NCBI GenBank assembly: GCA_964016885.1
Contig: OZ024740.1
Coordinates: forward strand, 174,902,001 to 174,966,000
DNA length: 64,000 bases
Origin: Eledone cirrhosa
Taxonomy: Eukaryota
Reading direction: 5' to 3'
Positions 1 through 10,379 of the stretch are shown here, one piece after another. A program made the translations under genes and the position numbers. The notes beneath the pieces were generated by a model that worked only from the letters and a program-made list of their open reading frames with translations, was not told where the DNA came from and did no database searches. Each line of letters begins with the position of its first letter. The stretch's first letter is position 1.

Positions 1-134
1 CACAGGACCAAGATCTCTGGCATTACGCGGTAATACAGAAGACCCAACTTCCCATGGGGACAGGCCCAATCTGTAGGATATATTCAGTATGCATCACCCT
101 ACCCTACCCTCCCATATATCTCCTATGAGGACAG

Positions 135-605
135 GCCGAAACACTGTAAAGTGGTTGTGATGGTGATACAGTAAGAAGCACCCAGCGCACACTGCAAAGT
201 GGTCATGTAGGTGTCACAACAAAAAGCACCCAGTCCACACTGTAAAATGGTCGTGTAGGTATCACGACAAAAACCACCCAGTCCACACTGTAAAATGGTT
301 GTGTAGGTATCACGACAAAAACCACCCAGTCCACACTGTAAAGTGGTCGTGTAGGTGTCATGACAAAAAGCACCCAGTCCACACTGTAAAGTGGTCATGT
401 AGGTACCACAACAAAAAGCATCCAGTATTCACTGTAAATGAGGTTGGCATTAGGAAGGGCATCCGGCTGTAGAAACCAAGCCATAATCAGTTCTGTATGA
501 ACAAGACCTAACACCTGATCAAACATAACCCACAACAGGGCAACTCATCTAACCCATACTAGAGTGGAAAAATGGACGTAAAACGGTGATGATGATGATG
601 ATGAT
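135..605 (+). mobile_element. SINE-like repeat with internal 48-bp tandem array (~6 copies) and RTE-type (GAT)n tail
   Basis: Unit CACCCAGTCCACACTGTAAAGTGGTCGTGTAGGTGTCACGACAAAAAG repeats over 135-440. It is followed by GGAAGGGCATCC...GGACGTAAAA-(GAT)n. A reverse copy with fewer units lies at ~4575-4790. Confidence 0.6.
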
Positions 606-799
606 ACATGGCACGCTTCCACTCAGTTTTCATCTATGACATTTCACTAACAAGGCATTGGTCAACTCAACGTTATAGAAGACACTTGCTCAAAATGCCA
701 TGAAGTGGGACTGAACTGCATGATAAGCGAATATATATAACTCCTGATGACTCTGGAGTTCTGTGTCTTTCGTTTGTATTTCTATTTTCTCTCTCTCTC

Positions 800-3107
800 T
801 TCTTCTTCATCCACTTATTCCTGAGAGGGTCTTGGGAGCAAAGTCCTCAAACACTCCCTCCAGCAGGTTGTGTCTCCAACTGAGCCAACAGGATCTCCAA
901 GTGTAACTAGACAAGCTCAATTCTCTCAATTCGGAGAAGCAGTGGCTCTACCTGGAGTGACTCTCTGATATCCGAGCTACGCACTTTATCAAGTAACATT
1001 TCTCCAAAGTCCTTTCGGAGGAATCCCATTTCAGCTGCTTGTATTCGCGATCGTATTCTTTCAGTCATTACCCAAGATTCATGACCATAGGTAAGGGTTG
1101 GCACAAAAACCAAACTGAAAATAGTGAGTTTGGCTTTGACGCCAACTTCCCTTCTTCTGATTACTGAAGCTGGCACATTAATGCACCAGCTTTTACAATT
1201 CTTGCACTTAATTTAGCCTCTTGCCTTCTGTCACTCATGAACACAGCCCAGAGATACTTGAACTTCTCTACCTGCTTCATGTAACGTGCACTGCACAGGC
1301 TTCCTTGAGAGGATGAGTGTCTCAGTTTTGGCAGCACTGATTTTTATTCCAGCCATGCAGCACTCGGCATCAAACCTATCAATTGCAAGTCAGAGATCAT
1401 CATCTGTCAAGTTAAGTAACACAATGTCATCTGCAAATTCCAGCAGACTGATTTTATACCCACCAGTCATGATACTATTTCCAACCTGGCTGCGCATATC
1501 AATCCTGTTCATGTAAATAATAAACAGGAGAGGTGACAGTATGCACCCTTGACAGAGTCCAACTCCCACATTGAATGGTTTCGATTTAGCACCATTTATC
1601 CGAACACAAATATTCGAGCATTCATATAGACACCGGACACCAGGGCAGCAATCAATCTCATACTCCTCCACAGCCTTCCACAGCAGGTCCTGAAGAACAT
1701 GGTCATATGCCTTCTCAAGGTCGGCAAAACAAGAATATACTTTTTGACTATACTCCCACAATTTCTCGCATACCTGCGGCAGTGTAGATATTTGGTTGGC
1801 TGTGCTGCATCCAGGGCGAAAACCATACTGTTCATCAGCTAGCTTGGACTTGACAATCTGCCGGCATCTCTTTGACAGACACTTAGCATAGACTTTACCA
1901 GGGAGGCTTAACAAGGAGATTCCTTTGTAATTGGAACAATCTCTCTTATCTCCTTTTTTGAAAATTGGGATTATCTTTCCTGATTGCCATTGCTTAGGTG
2001 CCCTTCCAGAGATCCAGGCCATCCCGCAGACACGAGTCAGCCAGAAAATACCTTCTCTGTTTAACGCTTTTAACATCTCAGGCTGGATTTCATCTTCTCT
2101 AGTGGCCTTTCCACATTTGAGTTCTTTAACTGCTCTTGCGACTTCAGCCTCTGAGAGATTAGTCACCGCTTCCAGATGCACCTCATGTACATCCGAAGAT
2201 GCTGTTGTGATCAGGTTTAGGAGATCAGCAAAGTATTCTCTCCAGCTTGCGAGGATGCACCTCTCTGAAGAGAGAAGAACTCCAGATAACAAATGTGGAG
2301 GGCTTCTTATTACGAAGTCGGCAGATGGTCTCCCAGAACACTTTATTTGATGATCTGAAGTCGGATTCCAGCTTAACCCAAAGTCCTCTCATGTCTTAAC
2401 ATTGGACACTTTTACTGTCTCTGCTGTGGTTTGTCGTGCCTGCTTGTACTGTAAGTACAAGAAGGAGGACGTATTTCCAGGCCAAACTTTGTAAACCTCT
2501 TTCTTTGCTTGGATGGCATCTTTGACTTCTTGATTGAACCAAGGAGTCTTCCTGCTATTTAGCACCACACCAAGCCTCTTTTGCCTGCAGCATTTAACAG
2601 CTGAAGCAGAAACTTCTGCGCTGAACAACCTCCACTCTGTCTCAACATCCTCAGTTTGCTCAGGGAGTTCTCTGAATTTGGATGCAATAGTATCTGCATA
2701 CCTGGTCCTGACTTCCCTATCCACCAATGCTACCCACTTTATCCTGTAGATTGCTCTTAACTTGCCAGTTTTGTGGGCTTCTTTGGCTTTAGTTAGTCTC
2801 AAGTTACAGATAACTAGATGGTAATCAGTTGACAGCTCAGCTCCTCTCTTAACACGAACATTCAGCACCGAATCAAAGAGATCAGAGACAATTACAAAAT
2901 CAATTATTGATTTCTGTCCCTAATTCCCCTAATATCATGTATATTTATGGATGTCTCTGTGCTGGAAGAAGGTGTTCATAACAGAGAGTCCATTCCAAGA
3001 ACAGAAGTCTAGCAAGGCCTCTCCATTTGTATTTAGATCTGGGTCACCATTCCTTCTAATCACTCTTTTCCATGTCAAGTCATCAGTGCCAACATGTGCA
3101 TTGAAGT
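800..3107 (-). mobile_element. Degenerate RTE-clade LINE (C-terminal part of APE endonuclease plus RT)
   Basis: Broken ORFs 2389-2868, 1390-2292 and 907-1176 carry NYKGISLLSLPGKVY, EQYGFRPG, FADLEKAYD, QGCILSPLLF, FADD and PTLTYGHESW. NFNAHVG lies at ~3085-3107. Confidence 0.9.
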
Positions 3108-3889
3108 TCTGCTTCTCGGCAAAGCTGTTCTGCTAGCGAAAGGGTTGCAGGTAAAAGATAGCGATACGGCCACCAGATAAGTTGCAAAATAAGCGGGCAA
3201 CTGCCAGACGAATAATCAAACCCGGACCAACAGCAGTAAACTACTAGAGGAGATAGAGCAATAGGTGACACCTGTGGCTCCCAAGAAAACTTTCCCGTCC
3301 TTCACCTGAGTCAACAAGCAAGGCGTCCAGGCCTTAGGTGGAGGGGCCTGTTCGAAAAATATATTGCAGTCTCCATTTCATGCTGCAAATACTGGCGATG
3401 GGCCTGTGACCTGTCCTGGGAGGCATGGGATAGACACACAAAGGTTGTCTAGCCAGAGACCCCAAAGAGGGTTCAGAATGGAACACACTTTAACAGTTGG
3501 AACCTGGAACATCACAACTCTTACAGGTTAAGGAGCACGAACTAGTGGAGGAGGCTAGATGCTACCAGCTAGATATAGTTGGGGTTTCCTCAACAAAGTT
3601 CTGTGGCACTTATACTATAGATTTGGATGTAGTATGGAAACTCCACTATTCAGGTGTGGCGCCAGTAATGACTGCACAAGCAGGAGTGGGAATACTCACA
3701 AGCCCCCGGCTATCAGAATGTGTTACAGACTGGATCCCATTAGGAGGAAGCATTTTCCTCTGGAAGCTTAGGCTGAAAGATAAGCCTCTGTAGGTGGTGC
3801 AAGTTTATGCACCAAACAAGGAGTCCGAATACAGGGCCTTCTTTGATGAAGCCACTGCAGCGTTAGATATAGTTGAGACTGAGTCATAT
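3108..3889 (+). mobile_element. Inverted 5' UTR and APE N-terminus of the same RTE family
   Basis: Translates as GTWNITTL..KEHELVEEARCYQLDIVGVSST..VQVYAP. It is colinear with the un-inverted copy at 51960-52450. Confidence 0.85.
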
Positions 3890-4305
3890 TTATTTTAAAA
3901 TAATAATTTTTTAAGGTTTCCCCTTTAAAAATGATTTTTTATTCTTGTTTTCATTCGTTGTTTTGCCCTCGCTATCTTAATTTTCTGAAGATTATATTAT
4001 ATACAGATAGATATAGATATTAGATATATATATATTTAAAAGAGTCAGTGTAGCAGCATATGTACAAACTTTATTTGTATATTTCAACTGTTTCATATCG
4101 AAACAATGGTAATATGCAAATAGTTTGTACATATGCTGCAACACTGACTTTGACTCTTCTAAATCTATTTACACTCTGCACACTTACACTGGAATACAAC
4201 CCAAATAAAACAGACCTCGTAACAGAATTGTGTGCTTCGAGCGGCACGCCTCTAACTGTTATTACACACCTAACATACACACATATATATATATATATAT
4301 ATATA

Positions 4306-4555
4306 GAAGTGGTAACACAATAGTTAGTTCACCATACCGAGAACAATTGTTTCACCTTAGCGGATCTTCAGCTCGTATGGTAATATCCGTAGTGGTAGAG
4401 CACTCAGTCCATGGGACGAGTTAGCTGAAGATCCACTAAGGTGAAACAATTGTTCTCGGTATGGTGAACTAACTGTTGTGTTACCACATCTACCTAACTC
4501 GTCCCATGGACTGAGTGCTCTACCACTACGGATATTACCTTCCAGTGTTCTACCT
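4306..4555. mobile_element. Small (TA)n-flanked inverted Penelope-type insert with two hammerheads (family A)
   Basis: 4306-4372 is the reverse complement of 4424-4492, and 4379-4424 is the reverse complement of 4495-4540. TA/TC repeats flank both sides. Confidence 0.7.
4334..4378 (-). ncRNA. Minimal type I hammerhead ribozyme
   Basis: ATACGAG-CTGAAGA-TCCGCTAAGGT-GAAA-CAATTG-TT-CTCGGTAT. Stem I is CGAG/CTCG and stem III is palindromic. A second copy lacking most of the stem I 5' arm is at 4425-4460 (+). Confidence 0.7.
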
Positions 4556-4789
4556 CTCTCTCTATATATATATCATTTCATCATCATTTCACGTCCGCTT
4601 TTCTTTGCTTGCAAGGGTGGCACGGGAACTGATTCTGGCTTGATTTCTACAGCTGGATGCCCTTCCTAACACGAACCTCATTTACAGTGAGTGCTGGATG
4701 CTTTTTTCCGTGGCGCCTACACGTCCACTTTACAGTGTGGGCTGGGTGCTTTTTTTGCCGTGGCACCTCCATGACCACTTTGCAGTGGA

Positions 4790-5242
4790 ATGATAGGGAC
4801 CTCAGTCCTATCATCTCATTTCTACAGCTGAGTAAACTGGAGCAATGTGGAATAAAGTGTCTTGCTCAAGAAAACAACACATCACCCGGTCTGAGAATTG
4901 AACTCACAACCTTTCGATTGCAAGGCCAATGCTGTATATGTTTATATATATATATATAAACATAATATATATAAAGTCTGTTCTAAGCCGAAGGCTCATC
5001 AGGCTGGTGCTTATCCCGGTTTTCCTTGGTGTTAAGCGACTGAGAGTACTGTACAAGACTCTCCCTGGCTAGAACGCCAGTCTTTCGCAGGATTAACTCC
5101 TCAGCTGGTACCCACTCTCAGCTGATAGTACTGGAGCAACGCGAAATAAAGTGTCTTGCTCAAGAATACAACGCAGCGCTCTGTCCAGGAATCGAACCTA
5201 CGACATTATGATCATAAGTCCAACATTCTAACCATTAGGCCA
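4790..5242 (-). mobile_element. tRNA-derived SINE copies (two, partial)
   Basis: Shared CTGGAGCAA..AAATAAAGTGTCTTGCTCAAGAA core with B-box-like GGTTCGATTCC on the minus strand. A related copy is at ~61350-61465. Confidence 0.6.
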
Positions 5243-5856
5243 AACATTTTTTTTTTTTTTCAAAATTTCAGTTTTCCACCCACATTCCTTATTCCGACAA
5301 CCGTACCCTAATATTAAACCCTAACCCCAACACTCCTAATTCAAATTTTGAAAATGTTATTTATATATTTTTGTTCAGAATCGTACTCTCCTACATTTCA
5401 AATGTAAAAATTAGAACAAATAAAATAAAAAAACAATAAGGAAAAAAAATCTTACACCAGTTGGTCTAAATGGAGGACGGGGTGTATGAGTAAGCGCTAC
5501 ACACCCAGTTAAATATAATAACATTTTATTTGCGTTATACCATGATTGAATCAGAGTAAAATGATTGTATAAAACAAAGATTAAGTCAAGTTGAAGTCGT
5601 ATTATATATATATGTATTTGTGTATATATATATATATACACAAATACACACACGCTGAGGTATGCAAAGAGATAGTTTATAAAAGTATCAACAAGTAATG
5701 GTGCGTTTTATTTTAAAAGAACTTCGTATTTACGGAAAGAATATTGCAAGTTAAAAATCTAGCAATGATACTTAATTTAGAGAGAGAAGACATGAAAATA
5801 AAAACAAATGAAACGTTTAAATCGAAAAGTTGAGGCTGAATGAAATGGTTACTCAC

Positions 5857-5930
5857 AGTCTTCCTTTTCTAGTAACTGTCGAATTATCAGCGCCTTCAAT
5901 ATTTCCCTCTAGTAAGTGTTCCTCGTCCAT
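5857..5930 (-). CDS. Candidate first coding exon of an unidentified host gene (MDEEHLLEGNIEGADNSTVTRKGR)
   Basis: ATG in good context (ACAATGG), an open 74 nt, then a strong GTGAGT donor. The surrounding sequence is non-repetitive and has TGACGTCA at 5958-5965. No homology evidence. Confidence 0.35.
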
Positions 5931-6289
5931 TGTTTGGATTACGTGTAAATATGTGTATGACGTCACAGAGTTTGTTGATTTCATCATCGACTGCTGAGTT
6001 TTTCGTGTTTACATTGTTATTATCGATTTGTTTAAACTTTATCAAAGAACAATTTTGTAATAGGAATTGTTAAATATGCCCACTTTATACCTATGTAATA
6101 ATCAGTTATTTGTTATATTATATAATCAGTTTATTTGTTCGAGGTTGGGGAATAGTTTTTCTATCCGAAAGAAAGAATATTAGGTCAACTTCCATGAAGC
6201 GTATACATACGTATGAAGAAAGTGACTTTTATTTATTCGACAAATTTCAATTCGGTTATATAATGTTTGCAATAACAAAAAGAAAAAGA

Positions 6290-9200
6290 AAGAGGGAAAA
6301 AAATTAAATAACGGAAGTAAGGAAAAGGTTTAGGGGAAGGGAAGGGAGAAAGGCAGTGTTTAAATAAAAGAAGAGAGGAAAAAACTGTGGAAACCTAAGA
6401 AGGAATACCAAACTACTAAAAAAAAAAAAAAATCCTCGTTTAAAACAGTAAAGAAAATATAAAGGAAGGGGTGAACAACCGAGCCAACACCAGAACAAAA
6501 GACAGCAGCGAGGGGTACAGGGCAACCTCTCTAATGACTTTTGAGGCAAGCCAGCACACTCGCAGCGTTGCCTCGGGTGATGGGGAGGCTAATGCGCTGG
6601 AACAGCCAAGCGCCCTCGCGAGATTCGCCAGTTACCTCTATTAGGCGAGCCGCCAGTGAAGAAAGGAACCTCGCAGTCAGCGGCCCCCAAACGTCTCGAA
6701 AGCCACAGGCTGAAAAAGGTAGCTGGCCGACAGATCACGGTCTTTGAGGGTCTTACTCCGCTCGGCTGCGGAAGCTGTGGCTCTCGCCCTAACCGCAACA
6801 TCCATGATGTGGGAAGAAGCAAAAGAGTCACTAACAGTGACGTCCCAGACAAGGCACCTGCCTCTCGACCAGGGGCACAGGGTAAGGCTGTCAGGTCTTT
6901 TGCCGTCACTTCTGGACAACCCAGATGGTTCTAAGATTGAGAGGATGTTCGCTCGGGCCAAAGCTCTCTTGAGAATGAGGTTTAGCTCCGTGTGACGCGC
7001 GAAGCGGCCGGCATTCAGGCGGCAAGAAAGACCGTAGAAGCCTGTGAAGTCGAGGAGTTTGCGGCATCGGCACCTTAAACCCATGCAGACGCCAGCTGCC
7101 ACTCTGGGGGCGATGGAGACACGAAGTTCGTTCAGGCTGAGTAGGCCACCGACGTTGGCCACGGGTAGGGCATCAACCCAGTCGCCTGAGTATTTGGCGC
7201 TGGCAGATAGTAACCGGCACCTTGCAAACTGATCTGACTGGACGAAGAGGGAGTCGAAGGTGGCTTTCGAACTTATGCTGTCCCAAGTTCTCTGACTTCG
7301 ACTGTCCTCCACCTCCTCAGGAAGAGACAAGCCCAACTCACTCCATTGCTGGAGAGCTTCACCCAACTCCCTGTTGGAACTAGTCCATGTTGGAGAGGAT
7401 GCTGCTCACCAGGGTGGAGCAAGCGTAGGTGGAGGAAATAAAGCAAGGAGGAGAGAAGGACGAATACTTACGAAGACCAAGACCCCAAATCGCTTGGGCA
7501 ACGCAGCCTGATCGCGGGACTCTGGAGAGAGTCTAGCATTGACCAGGCACTCGAGTCTCTCGAAGATTAGATCGTCGAAGCGTTGGAGGCAGGACGGAAA
7601 TCTGTGAGAGGGGCTGACCCTGAGGAGATACAGAAGCTTAGGAATAGATAGGTAGTTCCTGAGTATGAAGAAACCTTGATGGGGTTCGATAACCTGAATA
7701 TTCTTCAGCAGCTGCTCAAGGCCAACCATCTTCGATTAGAAGATTGACTCGAAGGCAAGGTCTGTGATTGGGGCTCCTAAGGAGCACTAAGCCGACGGGG
7801 GAGGGACCGCGATGGAAGGGAAGGACTCTGCAAACAGGTCGATTAGCTGTTGGTGTTGAGAAGCCGGGTAGCTGAGGATCCAGAGCTCACATTTGGAGCT
7901 ATTGACCCGGAGACCCCGGCGGCCAAGCTCCTCAACCATCTTGTTGGCAGTGGCGAGAACCATATCCGGAGTTCCCCCCAAACAGGCGTCGTCGAGGTAC
8001 CAGACATTAAGGTCCAACTCAACTCCCATCTTGGTTGACGTAACCAATGCCCAGTGCAAACAAAGTGGGCCCGAGTGGGTCATCCAGTTGGACTCCTGAG
8101 GCAGAGTTGATGATTTGGTTACCGAAAGAGGGGTAGGAGGGCTCCCGATAAGCCTGCCAAGCAAAGTGATAGAGTTGTGGGACCCTCTCTCGTACTGAGC
8201 CGAGGTCGACGTCGCGGCTGACGGAGTTAAAGGCGTTCCTGAGGTCAAGTTTGAGGATGACCTTGGGGGAGGAGGAAGGCAAGTTGGTAAATTCTCTGGT
8301 AGCGTGGACAGCAGCCTCACATCCCAACTTGGTACCCACCCCCAGCTGGATGGGGGAGAATTCCTCCGCCAGTGAGTTGGAGACCAACAGCAAACACACC
8401 TTTGCAGTGAGGCGGCGAAGGGTGCAGCCAACCGAATGGGGTGCAGGTTTCCGTTGGGCTTGGTGAGATCAAATAGCTTCGCACCGAAGAACAGTGGGCG
8501 GATGAACGGGAGAACGTTCACTGAAGAGAACTGAACAACAAACTGAGTCAGACTCTCCAAGAGCTCGAGTCCGGCGTCACCGGCTGATAAGGAGATACCA
8601 TCCTTGAGGTGTTGAGGACGAAGGCCGTCAATTCCCGCGCCTGACCCAGCGGGGAAGGATGAATTCGCCTTTCTGATGATATCGGTGGTGTAAACAGGTC
8701 TCGAGCATTCTGGTGGTTCGGGCCAGTGTAGCTGATCATCTGGGGATGTGATGGGTGCTTCTTTAGAAATAGTATCTTTAGAGGAAGTTAATAGATGATA
8801 TATATGTCTTAAGAATGTGTGTATTTGTGTATTGTATCACAGAAGTCCCAATTGAAGATGTTAAAAGCAATGTTGTGGAAAATCTCATCATACGACTTTA
8901 TAATGTTTATAATATATAATTTATTTACAAACCGATTACAAAGGTTTAGCTGGCATGCCAAGAGAAATGAATAGACAAATTAAGAGTTTAACAAGGTACA
9001 GTCAACTGGCTGAGGCGTTAGCCAGACTCGTAGTGATATTTGTTGCTACATATTGTCTATGCTTGAGGAACGAAAGCAAGAGATGTTTACCTTCACGGTG
9101 TCGAGCTGCAAGAGAGAGATTTTCGAATAGAAGCGAGAATTTTTCCCTTTTCGGTGGAAGTTGAAATACATCTCCCTACGCTGGTAGCGATTGGCTGAAC

Positions 9201-10376
9201 TGAGCCAAACAACGTACGGAGAATGTATTCAAGAGTCATCAGACTGTAGGTCACTACACTTCTCTTTCAGTCGCTCAAGAGAATCAGAGTTGCACGGAGC
9301 AAGGGAGGACAGAGAAGAGAGGAGACGGACAGCCCCTTTAATGTCAAATTCGCTGAATTTAGCATTGACCGCTCGCTTGAGGTCTACCGGTTGTCTGTTG
9401 GTGGACACCGAGCTCGATGTCGAACTGAGATGAGACGTGGTTGGGGTGGACTCAAACAGCTGGAACTGCCGCTTGAGAGAGGACGTGAGGGAACCCGAAT
9501 TCGCATTGTGCACGTGAAGAGAGATGAGGGGAAACAAAAACAATTTCTGCCAGTCAGACCTATTGTTGGACGAGCAAACGTTTTTCAATAAATTAGAGAG
9601 GGCACGTGCAAAGCTATTCCAAGCGCCCTTAGGGATCCGGTTAACGAGCTTAGATTTGGAGAAACGCTGGAGGGCTGTGGCAAAGTCGTCGGTAGAGAGT
9701 TGGTCATCAAAGCATGGGGCATCCCCACGGAATACGTCGGAGCTGAAGTGGCACTGATTACAGGTCCAGTGTTGAAGCCTTTCGGCTTGAGCTTTGGTGA
9801 TACCGACACAGCTTCTGTGGTAGCTTGCGTGGCATAGGTGATTTAATTGTCTTTAAGTAACGGCTAGTGCGAGCACAGAGAGCGCAATCAGGTGGTGGGC
9901 TGGCAACAGCCGGCAGTAGAAGGCCAACGTTGGGATTCGGTGGAGGGAGTGAGTCAGTAAAGAAGACAGCAGTGGTTCTAACGGTGGGGCTAAAGTGGAG
10001 GTTGGGTGGTGAGCTAACAGTTGTAGGGGTGGTATGGTTGGGCGGGTTGTATTCGTTCGGAATCTGCCGTGAAGGGGAGGAGGGGGTAGGTGGGGACAAG
10101 TTAGCTCCTCTCGTGCGTGCCGAAGTTGGTGGAGAATGAGAGGTCGTAGGCTGACCATTTGTCACATAGTCGTTCCACCAAGCAGGTCTCTTGGTCGTTC
10201 GATGCATGCCACCGCCACCTAGAGTGGTGGAAACTTTATCAATCGGCAATCACCGGTGATAGTTCGATCGAAACATCGGGCCACCAACGGGTTGGACGAA
10301 GACATAGGTGGGCTGTGCGCAAGGACGAAGTAAGGGGTGAGCAGAGGGAGGGATAGAAAGTGGGGGAGGGAGAAGA
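6290..10376 (-). mobile_element. CRE-clade non-LTR retrotransposon (RT plus restriction-like endonuclease), frameshifted
   Basis: KLDLRNAFNSV, GVQLDDPLGPTLF and WYLDD in the RT. C-x-C..C, RHTELN and DGKRPDSL..VWDVT in the RLE domain (ORFs 8019-8399, 7787-8560, 6677-7366). Pyrimidine-rich 3' UTR. Confidence 0.9.
8762..9258 (-). mobile_element. Solo LTR (probably Gypsy-type) nested in the CRE ORF
   Basis: Begins TGTAG and ends CTAAA (degenerate CTACA) on the minus strand. The 4-bp TSD CTTC is at 8758-8761 and 9259-9262. Removing it restores RLKEK-HP in the CRE frame. Confidence 0.75.
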
Positions 10377-10379
10377 TTA

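Noticed and set aside
135-440. CRISPR-like regular repeat or Cys-rich repeat protein
   Set aside because: Contiguous tandem units without unique spacers, inside a SINE, in eukaryotic DNA.
738-765. CTGATGA hammerhead-like start
   Set aside because: No GAAA or stem III downstream.
3168-3220. HDV-like ribozyme in the RTE 5' UTR (GGGCAAC..CGAAT)
   Set aside because: Only a simple hairpin found; P1/P2/P3 pairings could not be assigned.
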